Assembly: GCF_000027125.1 (NCBI RefSeq)
Contig: NC_017626.1
Source of the DNA: Escherichia coli 042
GTDB taxonomy: Bacteria; Pseudomonadota; Gammaproteobacteria; Enterobacterales; Enterobacteriaceae
Strand: one strand, 5' to 3'
Length of the DNA stretch: 64,000 nt
Below are positions 19,949-29,521 of this stretch, piece after piece; position 1 is the stretch's first letter, and each line of letters opens with the position of its first letter. A model generated the notes under the pieces. It was not told where the DNA came from. It made no database searches and worked only from the letters and a program-made list of their open reading frames with translations. The position numbers and the translations under genes were made by a program.

Positions 19949-22609
19949 TCACATTCCATCATTACCTTCTTTTGATGATGAACTACCACCGGAAGATCCA
20001 CTACCGCTCCCTTTCTCTGGAGCCTTAAAGCTTTCAATTGGTGAAGCTTGGGCCTGTAAACTTACAGGCAGCAACGGTCTGTTATGTTCACCAAACGATA
20101 CCGCTCTGTTAGCAGCCTTTTGAGCTACATTCATATAACCTGCTGCGCCTGCTGTATCACCAATAGCATCTGCTGCCTCAGCTGCATGGTAAGCCGAGTT
20201 AGCACTTTCAAGAGACTGATATTCATCCTGCTGATCAAGTGGGCCAGCATTACTCATATGAGTTCTGAATGCAGATCCCGTATCATTGGCTTTATTAGCC
20301 GCCAGTGCTTTCCCCTGTTGAGCCTGTTGCTGTTGTTGAAGCTCACGTTGCTGTTCACGGTCTTTGTTAATTTGCGCATTCCTGATCTGATTACCCATCG
20401 CATTTGAGGTATGGGAAACCTGATCCAACACGGTTTTGGTAAACATAGCACCTTCAACACCTTTTGATGCCGACTGTGCGTAACCCGACATGCTCTGACC
20501 ACCATGAACACCAAGCCACTTCATAATTTCATCAGGGATGATGTGAATCAGTGAAAGTGATTTCTTCACTACCGTGAACATCATTGCAATATAAACAGCA
20601 ATGAGAGCCAGTGACTCGATGATACCTATCCCGGCATTGGCTGACATCATGCCAAAAGCGCCGGAGAATGTTTCGTTGACGATCCCACCAAGGATAGGGA
20701 GCATCGTATAGGCTGCTATTAATCCTGTTATCATTAGCGCTGGTCGCATGGTTAACGATAAAACCAGACCATAACCAGCGCCACCACGACCCACTACGCC
20801 ATCACCATCTGGATGTAAATGTGTTATTACCCATAATGGTGCTGCGACCATTGCTTCAAGGCACAGGATCATCCAGCCTACGCAAACACCAAACCACATG
20901 ACGTAAGGCAGCATAGGAATGACGACGGCTAAAGTATCGCCAGCTATCCATAAAGGGATAACCAGTGGCATAACAATCCCCATAGCGCCAAATGCACCCG
21001 ATACCCAGCTTGCAGTCGCTGATGTCCATGCGCCAAGACCTGCCCCAACAACAGCAGAACTCCCTAATAACGTCCAGCCAGCGGCACTGATCGTATCCCC
21101 AAGCCCTTTAACAGCTAATAACGGGTTTATTGCCTGTAAATTGGCAGCGGTTGTGTCCGTCGAGAACGAGACGATTTTCCCTTGTTTTCTTCCATTGATA
21201 ACGCTGGAACTGAGAAAACCCGCCATTGCACCAGAAATGCTCTTATTGGCTTCACTTTGAAGAGAAGAAACTATTTTTCCAGCATCATCTGTTTTAGGGC
21301 CTACACCACTTTTACCACTGGTATTGGCTTCCGTTCGGTTTTGCGCATCAATACCATTCGCATATCTTGAAGCTGTCGTTGATTTCGCCATATCTTGAGC
21401 CACTTTTGCCATAATCGCGTTCAGGCTGTTATCGAATATATCTCCGTATTCCATTGTCGCTTGCCCGGCTACAGGAAGATTATGAGCTGCTCCATTAATC
21501 GCATCCTGCACACGGATCAGTTTCATACTCCATGCGCCAGCCATAAACCATCCGTCTTTCTGGACATTCTCTTTGAAATCATCCCACTGGTCGCCAGTGG
21601 AGAAAACTGTTCGTACTGCAGTATCAATAATGGATACATATGAGGCCGTTGCGCTGTTTATTCCGGTCTGAATATCAATATTATTATCGGCCACATACTG
21701 TTCAGCCAGCGTTTTCATACTATTATCAAGGCCGATAAATGCGGCATTGTGTGCCTCAATAACATCTGAAATATTCGTCTTTATATCCTGTGGCATATAA
21801 GCCATATACATGCCGCCAGCAGCAATGGTAGCCTGAGCTTTAGCCTGTTCGTCATAAGAAGCTTTGGCCTTCGGGTCTGTAAGCGTGATGCTTCCACATG
21901 CAGCCTTGGATACCAGTAAATTTTTATTCATATCATTACCGGCATTGCTGGCTCCATAACTGTATGTGTATAAATAGGCACCTTTCTCCGGTGTCATTTC
22001 AAACGCAGGCGTGACGTGCGGGAAGGGATCGGCTGCTGCTGATTTCTTCCATAATTCTCCCGCCTTTAACATACAGACGTTATTGATAAAGGCGGTTTTC
22101 GCTATGCGATCAAGCTCCTGATAAGATGCAGATGTGGTAATAACAGCCCCATCTGAGGGGTTGGATGCATAGGTATTCCAGACGGTATCTGCCAGACCGA
22201 CTCCCTGATTAATCATCCACAGCACCATAACCTGAGCGGCACAGAAACCACCTGCTGCCGGGAGTATCATTGCCGTGCCTAATGCAGTTCTTACGGGCAA
22301 CCACATGGAAGACCATTTCTTACCCAGCATTTCTCCGTCATGTGCCGTTGACATGGTTCCGGCAATCAGTGTGTAGGCAGCTAAAATGCCACCAACCAGT
22401 AAAACAGCGCTGTTAAGGATTGTCATTGTGCTGGCTAAGGGACTTTCCGCTAAATTGTCCGGGAATAAGATATCCAGAAACCACAGCTTTGATTTGTCTG
22501 TCTCCGGGACGGTAAATAAATCTGCGGCATAAGCTGACTGAGTTAATAACAGGCAAGCTAATATTACTAATAATATCGATACTTCTTTTTTCTTTATATT
22601 TATCATCAT
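19949..22609 (-). CDS. Large polytopic membrane protein (886 aa) with signal peptide and Gln-rich / Gly-Ser-rich C-terminus; possibly mating-pore related
   Basis: Signal peptide ...LLTQSAYAADL; many hydrophobic segments; C-terminal ELQQQQQAQQ and GSGSGSSGGSSSS low-complexity runs. Confidence 0.6.
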   Translation of the reverse strand: MMINIKKKEVSILLVILACLLLTQSAYAADLFTVPETDKSKLWFLDILFPDNLAESPLASTMTILNSAVLLVGGILAAYTLIAGTMSTAHDGEMLGKKWSSMWLPVRTALGTAMILPAAGGFCAAQVMVLWMINQGVGLADTVWNTYASNPSDGAVITTSASYQELDRIAKTAFINNVCMLKAGELWKKSAAADPFPHVTPAFEMTPEKGAYLYTYSYGASNAGNDMNKNLLVSKAACGSITLTDPKAKASYDEQAKAQATIAAGGMYMAYMPQDIKTNISDVIEAHNAAFIGLDNSMKTLAEQYVADNNIDIQTGINSATASYVSIIDTAVRTVFSTGDQWDDFKENVQKDGWFMAGAWSMKLIRVQDAINGAAHNLPVAGQATMEYGDIFDNSLNAIMAKVAQDMAKSTTASRYANGIDAQNRTEANTSGKSGVGPKTDDAGKIVSSLQSEANKSISGAMAGFLSSSVINGRKQGKIVSFSTDTTAANLQAINPLLAVKGLGDTISAAGWTLLGSSAVVGAGLGAWTSATASWVSGAFGAMGIVMPLVIPLWIAGDTLAVVIPMLPYVMWFGVCVGWMILCLEAMVAAPLWVITHLHPDGDGVVGRGGAGYGLVLSLTMRPALMITGLIAAYTMLPILGGIVNETFSGAFGMMSANAGIGIIESLALIAVYIAMMFTVVKKSLSLIHIIPDEIMKWLGVHGGQSMSGYAQSASKGVEGAMFTKTVLDQVSHTSNAMGNQIRNAQINKDREQQRELQQQQQAQQGKALAANKANDTGSAFRTHMSNAGPLDQQDEYQSLESANSAYHAAEAADAIGDTAGAAGYMNVAQKAANRAVSFGEHNRPLLPVSLQAQASPIESFKAPEKGSGSGSSGGSSSSKEGNDGM

Positions 22610-22625
22610 TACATTCCTTTGCCTC

Positions 22626-23150
22626 TTACTTCATTGAATTACTGATGCTGCTCCAGACATCGTTTCCGTTGACTGTTGCTCCCGATCCTGATGAAGAGCC
22701 AGTTCCTGTAGAAACACTTCCATTTGCGATATTCCCAATCACGGGCATATCAATAGAAATGCTTTCGGATATACTTCCGGTCAGTTGACTTACTTTTTCC
22801 CTCGCAATCGAACAGGCTTTACTTATTGCTGCTTCCTTCGTTTTTTTAATTATTGAATCCACAGATGGCAGGCTGATGCCGAGGTTACCCACAGGCCAAG
22901 CGTCCGTACAACCAATCGTCTCAAGTGACTGATTGATGTTATCCATGAAATTCTTCGCTACCGGCTCTAACTGAGCCGCATCCTGCTTCATTGCGTTATA
23001 TTGCGCTTGTTTTAATGATGAGCTGACATCCGGGCTACAGACTGCTGCATTAGCTGTGGTTGCTGAAATTAATATTGTTGCGGGAAGGATTATTTTGAAA
23101 ATGCGGACACAGACATTTGTTCGCCATTTATTTTTATTAAGTTTATTCAT
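22626..23150 (-). CDS. Secreted protein (174 aa), Ser/Gly-rich C-terminus
   Basis: Signal peptide ...ISATTANAAVCSP; 16 nt upstream of the 886-aa gene. Confidence 0.55.
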   Translation of the reverse strand: MNKLNKNKWRTNVCVRIFKIILPATILISATTANAAVCSPDVSSSLKQAQYNAMKQDAAQLEPVAKNFMDNINQSLETIGCTDAWPVGNLGISLPSVDSIIKKTKEAAISKACSIAREKVSQLTGSISESISIDMPVIGNIANGSVSTGTGSSSGSGATVNGNDVWSSISNSMK

Positions 23151-23470
23151 TTGATACTCCTTTAATTTATTACATTTTATTCACCATATTTTCTTCTTGT
23201 GATTAAATAAAAATACAATGCCTTATTAATATATATTAAATAAAATAGAATTAATCAAGAGAACGATCATTTAATTTGACAATGACTTTATTTTTGATTA
23301 CTGTTTAAAAGTAAATAAATGATTACTCCAAAAAATTTATTACAATACTCTGAAGAGGCCAGTTTATCTGGCTTCTTTTAATTTAATAAGGATTTCACCT
23401 TCCACATTCCAACGTTTAAAATATGAATATATGTGTATAAAAAGTTCAGAGAAGTCGCGTTAATGGATCA

Positions 23471-24235
23471 CTAAATATTATCCCAATCTAACGGTTCTTC
23501 TGGTGGCACAAGACTTGTGTTCTCTACAGAAGGGATTTCATTTATACTTTCACTCTTCACTAACCCTTGAGACTTTTTAGCCTGCAATCTTGCGATTAAC
23601 AAATCTATCTCATCTTGGTTATTAACTTCTTGTATAACTGCTTCAATTGACCTGTTTTTATCTTTAAGTATGCTATTGCCACCGCCATTGACGACTATGC
23701 TTTCGGGTTGTTCTTCCATTGCTTCTTTCTTTTTTATAATCTCTGATACAAAGCGAGCACGATCACCATTGAAGACAATAGCAGGGTTTATGAAATACCA
23801 GTTTTTCTCATTGGTTTTAGCAATAATACGTTTTTCGATGAGTTCTTTGATACCTCTGTAAAAGATAGATTCAGACAAAACAAAGTGATCTATCTTTTCC
23901 GCAAGAGACATTGCCTTTTTACAGCTCAGGTAGAAATGATCTTTGCCTATCGCATCCTGATATATTCGTAAAAATATGAAAAACACTTTGTATGCTGTTT
24001 TCGTGAGATCAAAATATGCTTTTATCTGAGAGGTATAGAGTTTAATGAACTCTTCTTTATCGACCTCTTGTGTATGCACGATATTGGCGAAGTAGCTTTT
24101 ACCTGTATCTTTCTTTTCGATAAGTTCTGTGCCTCTTGAAACGGTCAGATTTTTCTTTCGTGTTTCAATCTTTAGCTCTGTCTCAAAGCAAAAAGGATTT
24201 AACCCTAAATCTAAGTCAACGTCTATTTCATTCAT
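23471..24235 (-). CDS. Winged-helix DNA-binding protein, candidate replication initiator or regulator (254 aa)
   Basis: Central ...SIFYRGIKELIEKRIIAKT...YFINPAIVFNGDR block is winged-helix-like; paralogous layout to the 25693 gene; iteron-like array 170-250 bp upstream. Confidence 0.5.
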   Translation of the reverse strand: MNEIDVDLDLGLNPFCFETELKIETRKKNLTVSRGTELIEKKDTGKSYFANIVHTQEVDKEEFIKLYTSQIKAYFDLTKTAYKVFFIFLRIYQDAIGKDHFYLSCKKAMSLAEKIDHFVLSESIFYRGIKELIEKRIIAKTNEKNWYFINPAIVFNGDRARFVSEIIKKKEAMEEQPESIVVNGGGNSILKDKNRSIEAVIQEVNNQDEIDLLIARLQAKKSQGLVKSESINEIPSVENTSLVPPEEPLDWDNI

Positions 24236-24401
24236 TTCATTATTACCTCTTGTTGTTTTATTTATAATAAATTAAATACCATGCACAAAAAAGATATCAA
24301 GTTTTTTGCATATTTTTTTGCGAAAATATTTTCAAAATCGCAACTATTCCAGTGACGATACTTTAAAGCACTGTCGTTTTTAAGCTAAAAATGACATAGA
24401 A

Positions 24402-24484
24402 ACTGACTGCAAAGTCAGGAAAGCTCACCGTGCAGTCAGGAATACTGACTATAGAGTCAGGAACACTGACTGTACGGTCAGTCG
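24402..24484. repeat. Iteron-like array: 3-4 tandem units of ACTGACT-N4/5-AGTCAGGAA at about 21-22 bp periodicity
   Basis: AGTCAGGAA at 24412, 24434 and 24455; ACTGACT at 24402, 24444 and 24465; each unit is an inverted repeat. Confidence 0.65.
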
Positions 24485-24960
24485 TATATTTTCGTTCTAA
24501 GCCTTATGCCGTAAGGGCTACAGGCCGGTTTTTTCTTAATTTAATTTTGCAAGAAGTAAGAGATAATACTTAATAGGATTAAAAGAAACCGGGCGATTTT
24601 TATAATCGCCATACAGGGTTTCAATATTTTAAATGATTAGTTTTTTTGAGTGCAATATTTATTTTTATTGCGAAGCATTTCTTTCTATTTCACTAACATC
24701 TTTTTTTTGAAAATCACCACCATCTATGAGCTGAAGCTCATGTGCTGACGCACGGCTACGCCCTAACTCTGAAATATGTATTTTTATCTTGATGAGGTGT
24801 CTTATTAATATTGATAGTAAAAAGAGGAAAGATCTTTTCCAGATCATTTCATCATAAAAAACAAAATTGATCCTATGTTTGAACATAGCATTACCGCAAT
24901 AACATATAGCATTTTCCCTTAAACGAATAGGAAAATTATATTTTCAGTAGCAGCACTTAG

Positions 24961-25121
24961 TGATTGTTCAAGACAATCACATTGCTGGAACAGGGTTCAT
25001 CCCTGTCAATGATGGATTTATCCATAAAGAATTGCGGCGATAGCCGCTATGAAATAAAGGAGAAACAATTTCATCTGTACTCATATATAAGCAGTGCTAA
25101 GTGATTGTTTAAAACAATCAC
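24961..25121. promoter_or_regulatory. Copy B of the 64-bp repeat (24961-25023) plus a third copy of the palindrome GTGATTGTTTAAAACAATCAC (25101-25121)
   Basis: Copy B is about 90 percent identical to copy A at 9633-9696, including hairpin ACAGGGTTCATCCCTGT. Confidence 0.55.
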
Positions 25122-25389
25122 TTCGCTGTAATAACATTATAGTAAAAATAAAATAGGTAGCACAAGGTGCCATTTTCATAAGGCACAAATGAGTTTCATA
25201 GCAAAACGTTTCTGGATAGATCAATTAAGAAATATTTCAATACAATTCATCCTTCATTGCTGAAAACCTCCAACGCCATTCATAAAACAGCAGGTGCCAT
25301 TCAACAGGCACACATTCCCTTTTACTATATTAAACTTATTACTATATTACAGCTGTTATTTCTCATATAAAACAACATATTACAGAAAA

Positions 25390-25480
25390 AAGGTTATAGG
25401 TTCCTATAACTATGGTTATCGATATCTATAACTCGGATTATAGTTTACTATAACCATAATTAGCAAAAACTATAACTATA
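25390..25480. repeat. Cluster of about six CTATAAC / GTTATAG motifs in direct and inverted orientation
   Basis: aggttataggttcctataactatggttatcgatatctataactcggattatagtttactataaccataattagcaaaaactataactatagtt; about 200-300 bp upstream of the 25693 gene. Confidence 0.55.
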
Positions 25481-25692
25481 GTTCCGCACTGAAACTAATC
25501 TTTAAAACTGGCGAGCATTCCACTCTCAATAAACTTATTCCAGTCACGAATCAATAACGGCTTCAATTTATCCTGTTCTGTGGATGGTTTTCCACTATAT
25601 TAAAACTTTTTCCACTTATTTTTGACTTTGTTATTGACCATAGTGTTTAATCTGTTATGTATTAATAAAAACAATAACAAAAGGAAAATACA

Positions 25693-26391
25693 ATGACACA
25701 AATAGATTTTCAATCTCTTAGCAGTTTATCCCCCTTTCAGCTAACACAGTATATTGATGATCATCTTTTCACTAATGAACAGAAAGTGCAGATATTCGAA
25801 CATTATCACAGCACACATAAAGACACTACCAATATCTATTCGAGAAAAGAAAACATTAAATCTATTAAAAAAGATGTTGATTATGTCCATATGTTCACAA
25901 AAAACTTCCAGCAACTCGCAGAACTTGATATTTCCAAGAATGAGTTGAAGGTTATCGCAAGGATTTTAAACATCATGGAGTTTGGAAACTGCTTTCATAT
26001 ATCGCAAGCAAAGCTATGCCGCGACTTAGATATTAAAAAATCAAATATGTCTCTTGTCTTTAAAAAGCTCAAAAAGAAAGGGATCATTATTGATAAAGAT
26101 GGAGATCTCTTTATGAACTCCAACATATTTCTTAAGGGACAAGCGCATTCTATCAATGCCAAACAACGCCCTAATGTTAAAAAGGCACAGGGATTTAACG
26201 CTAATAATGAACCAGTATTTGATAATGTTTATACATTTAATCAAACAAATGATTCTGACAATCAACCTACAGAAGGAATGACTACATCTGAGCCACCAAA
26301 AACATCTGATAGCTGTTCTAACAAAGAAACAGATCCAGCACTGACGCTGCAGTATCCTAAAACAGAAGAGCCAGCTTATGATGATGTTTAA
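25693..26391 (+). CDS. Winged-helix DNA-binding protein, candidate Rep-like or regulator (232 aa)
   Basis: ...ISQAKLCRDLDIKKSNMSLVFKKLKKKGIIIDKDGDLFMNSNIFLKG winged-helix-like block; repeat array upstream. Confidence 0.5.
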   Translation: MTQIDFQSLSSLSPFQLTQYIDDHLFTNEQKVQIFEHYHSTHKDTTNIYSRKENIKSIKKDVDYVHMFTKNFQQLAELDISKNELKVIARILNIMEFGNCFHISQAKLCRDLDIKKSNMSLVFKKLKKKGIIIDKDGDLFMNSNIFLKGQAHSINAKQRPNVKKAQGFNANNEPVFDNVYTFNQTNDSDNQPTEGMTTSEPPKTSDSCSNKETDPALTLQYPKTEEPAYDDV

Positions 26392-26422
26392 TATATAAGC
26401 GAAGAAGCAACATAGTGACTGG

Positions 26423-26719
26423 CTACTGCCAGTCAATGAGATCCTCTGGTGATATCCTATCCTTCTCCATCAATTTGAGGATCTTTTTCATTTTTAACTT
26501 ACGTGCCTTTTTCTCACCAATCTCCTGATAGTATTCTTCCCGCCGTTCCGCTACTACCTTGCGGAACTTCTTCAAGAGTTTGTTCAATGTCTTTATATCA
26601 GTGGTAGCCGCTTCAGCTTGGATTTTTCTATACATATACATAACGTGGAATTCATCAATCATATTAAACCTCTTAGTTTTATCATTCATGTGATTTCCCT
26701 CTTTCGAGGGAATACTCAT
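26423..26719 (-). CDS. Hypothetical small protein (98 aa)
   Basis: Last gene in a co-oriented run of small genes. Confidence 0.45.
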   Translation of the reverse strand: MSIPSKEGNHMNDKTKRFNMIDEFHVMYMYRKIQAEAATTDIKTLNKLLKKFRKVVAERREEYYQEIGEKKARKLKMKKILKLMEKDRISPEDLIDWQ

Positions 26720-26731
26720 TACATCTAAATA

Positions 26732-27082
26732 TCAAATAACTGTCATTTTTAGCTTCCAGTAAATCGGATCTTCATTTTCATCCTGATTTATATTTTTTGA
26801 AACAAGTTCAATGATGTGTTCTTGATGCCAATACAAGATTGTGGCTTTTAAATCTCTTCTATTGATATCAGATACATCATTTTTGACAGAGTATTTCTTC
26901 ATCTCACGAGCAATCAAAACGTCATATGTGATGCCTGAAAGGAAACCATCATTCAAAATATCTATTGCTGTTTCAGGATGTTTTTCATAAATACCATATA
27001 TCTCATCACAGTATCCTTGTAAGATGTTAGCAACAAGTTCGTTTTTTGTTTCCTCATAACTATTCAATATAATCTCTTTCAT
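26732..27082 (-). CDS. Hypothetical small acidic protein (116 aa)
   Basis: Tightly packed ORF, Asp/Glu-rich. Confidence 0.5.
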   Translation of the reverse strand: MKEIILNSYEETKNELVANILQGYCDEIYGIYEKHPETAIDILNDGFLSGITYDVLIAREMKKYSVKNDVSDINRRDLKATILYWHQEHIIELVSKNINQDENEDPIYWKLKMTVI

Positions 27083-27121
27083 CTTTAATCCTTTTATTTT
27101 GTTAATGGTTAGTAAAAATAA

Positions 27122-27358
27122 TTAGTTGTTATAACCGATATTGATGATAACGGAGCCATATTCCAAATCTAACTCATCAACTAAATCGTTATTGACATGT
27201 CTATTTAAAGCATCAATCAAGTTCTTATCCCCTATCATTTCTTCTACTGAATACCCACTTAGAGCAACAAATACATCAAAGCTTTCTTGAATAGTATTCA
27301 TTACGTTAGGAGTTCCTTCGCACAGCATACTTACTACTACAGATATTTTATTTGTCAT
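27122..27358 (-). CDS. Hypothetical small acidic protein (78 aa)
   Basis: Tightly packed ORF, Asp/Glu-rich. Confidence 0.45.
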   Translation of the reverse strand: MTNKISVVVSMLCEGTPNVMNTIQESFDVFVALSGYSVEEMIGDKNLIDALNRHVNNDLVDELDLEYGSVIINIGYNN

Positions 27359-27410
27359 TTATATTTTCCTTTATTACTAATCTTAGCCCCTTGCGGGGCA
27401 AAATGGATTC

Positions 27411-27707
27411 TTATTTTCTGAAGCTGTCTGAATATCTAACCAACATAGCAGCAACCATTTCAAAGTTAACCTGATTAATATCACCGTTATTACCCTCTTG
27501 GGCAGTGAATATTTCAAAGTTGTTCTGAATGTGGTCAATCGCATGGATAATAAATGGACTCATAAAATCCGGGTCATCTAGATAATCATTAGCATCCCCA
27601 TCGCCATTAACTTCCATGAACATATTCCAGCTTGTGGCAAATGATCTACATGCAAGGTCATAGAACAGTTCAGTTGATTTATTAATACCTATCTTCTCTT
27701 TAAACAT
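27411..27707 (-). CDS. Hypothetical small acidic protein (98 aa)
   Basis: Asp-rich (DGDANDYLDDPDF); followed by hairpin GCCCC-TTGC-GGGGC at 27386-27399. Confidence 0.5.
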   Translation of the reverse strand: MFKEKIGINKSTELFYDLACRSFATSWNMFMEVNGDGDANDYLDDPDFMSPFIIHAIDHIQNNFEIFTAQEGNNGDINQVNFEMVAAMLVRYSDSFRK

Positions 27708-27786
27708 ATTTATATCCTCATAGTTAAATGCTTATTTAATTCATTGTGTTTTTTATTAGCCCCTTCCGGGGCCGAATACGCGGTTA

Positions 27787-28146
27787 TTAGCTCATACTAA
27801 AAAGTAATGCTTGAGTATGTACATATCTCATTTCATGCATAACTTTATCCATATCAACATAAATCAGTCTTTCTCTTTTACCTGCCTCTTCCATATGTTT
27901 ATCAAAGCGCTTTTCCAGATATTCTTTAACATGCAAAAGATATGATTCAGTTCTATTACTATCTAACATTATGGCTTCCAATACCTCATACTCTTCCTGC
28001 TCTTTATATATACGTATTCCTGTGATATAAAGATTCTTCGCCATAGCAGTAAAAACTTTAGTTGATGAGTCCTTAATGTTATTTAGTTCTTCAGTATTCA
28101 TATAGTTACTCCATATTTTTTGATATATAGCCCCCTGCATTTTCAT
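27787..28146 (-). CDS. Hypothetical protein (119 aa)
   Basis: First gene of the small-gene run; followed by hairpin GCCCC-TTCC-GGGGC at 27759-27772. Confidence 0.5.
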   Translation of the reverse strand: MKMQGAIYQKIWSNYMNTEELNNIKDSSTKVFTAMAKNLYITGIRIYKEQEEYEVLEAIMLDSNRTESYLLHVKEYLEKRFDKHMEEAGKRERLIYVDMDKVMHEMRYVHTQALLFSMS

Positions 28147-28280
28147 GCATTATTTTGAGAGCAGCTTATTTTTTCGTTTTATTATGATGATAAGTTCGAT
28201 TGTGTTTACATATGACCTCCCACGTTTATATTTTTAGTTAATAGACTAACCAGCTACCGAAACCATTATTATTTTGATTT

Positions 28281-28514
28281 TTATGCTACTTTATTACGTG
28301 ATAAAGTAATCTTTTCATCAATCCACTTATCTATATCACTCTCTAAGAATGCTATTGCTCTTTCACCAAGTTTTATTGGCGATGGGAATTCATTACGACT
28401 AATCAAACGATAAATCCACGCTTTACATAAACCAGTACGATTTAATACTTCTGGTAAACGAATAAGTCTTTTACTGTTTGATACTACATTAGTATTCATC
28501 TTTATCTCCTTCAC
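28281..28514 (-). CDS. alpA: AlpA-family phage regulatory protein (small HTH regulator/excisionase-like)
   Basis: 77 aa; KRLIRLPEVLNRTGLCKAWIYRLISRNEFPSPIKLGERAIAFLESDIDKWI fits the AlpA pattern. Confidence 0.8.
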   Translation of the reverse strand: MKEIKMNTNVVSNSKRLIRLPEVLNRTGLCKAWIYRLISRNEFPSPIKLGERAIAFLESDIDKWIDEKITLSRNKVA

Positions 28515-28654
28515 GTTGTTCTCGATAGAGATAATTATCGTATTTTTTCTAGGAGCTAACTAGGGGTGTTCAGGCGAGAGATTTTAACGCTAAAGTGAGT
28601 TTTGATGAGTTTCGGGGAAGTTCAACCGGAGTGAAGTTCCCCATTTTTTGCTTT

Positions 28655-29521
28655 TTACTTTTCTTGTTCTTCTTGCTCGTCTTCGGGTAAGTAGTAGTTG
28701 ATGAAACTCCACACTTTCCAATCCCTGTCAGAGTCGTATTTAACTATAAAATCGCCTAACGATTTGATGTAGCTCTGGTTGGTCATAAAACCTACAGCCA
28801 AAGGATAATCAGTATCTTTTACCATGCCTTCACTGCGGTTATTTTCACTAATCAGATGAGGGTAAAGCAACCTCGTCAGCAGCGCTATACCAATTTTGGT
28901 GTTGTTCTTTTTCTCCCAGAACATGAGATCAAACATCGGTATAAGATTATATTTCATAACTTTTTTGATCGTACCGACCCCAAAACGATAACCTCTTTCT
29001 TCATGGGGCCTCACCTTAAGCTCCTTCTTCCATCGCGGTATCATCGTTTTCAGATGCTCAATGATGTCTTCTGTAGAAGCCTCTGAGAGATGAATTTCAA
29101 CAAACATGACATCTTTACTGATGCCCGCTTGATTAAGGTATTGCGAAAGCTGCCTTGACCTCTTAGCCTCTTCTTGCGGGCCAATAAGTCTATTCACCAT
29201 ATCAACAGCCCCAATAACATCTTTCGCACCAGCAATAGTCAGTGGATTTGCTATGTAGCTTGATGAAAGGATTTCTTCTGGCTTGTCAATTTTAGCGTCC
29301 TCATTAAAGAGGACTTGCCCGGACTGTATCTTCTGCTCATGATCATCAACAAGAGCTTTAAGTTGGGGTTTAAGCGAATCGTATTGGGTGAGCAGATTGT
29401 AAGCAAGAACACGTCTTTCTACTTCTATGTATATCTGTTCAACCGTCAGCTCGTTCAGCACATTATACTTGTCAACGTCGAACCATTTAGTCACTACCTT
29501 TACTATTTCTGTTCTCGTCAT
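28655..29521 (-). CDS. Hypothetical protein (288 aa)
   Basis: ORF; start overlaps stop of upstream gene by 4 nt. Confidence 0.5.
   Translation of the reverse strand: MTRTEIVKVVTKWFDVDKYNVLNELTVEQIYIEVERRVLAYNLLTQYDSLKPQLKALVDDHEQKIQSGQVLFNEDAKIDKPEEILSSSYIANPLTIAGAKDVIGAVDMVNRLIGPQEEAKRSRQLSQYLNQAGISKDVMFVEIHLSEASTEDIIEHLKTMIPRWKKELKVRPHEERGYRFGVGTIKKVMKYNLIPMFDLMFWEKKNNTKIGIALLTRLLYPHLISENNRSEGMVKDTDYPLAVGFMTNQSYIKSLGDFIVKYDSDRDWKVWSFINYYLPEDEQEEQEK

Noticed and set aside
24665-24886. 73-aa minus-strand ORF inside the noncoding hub
   Set aside because: Lies among the repeat arrays and operator palindromes; composition and context favour regulatory DNA over coding.
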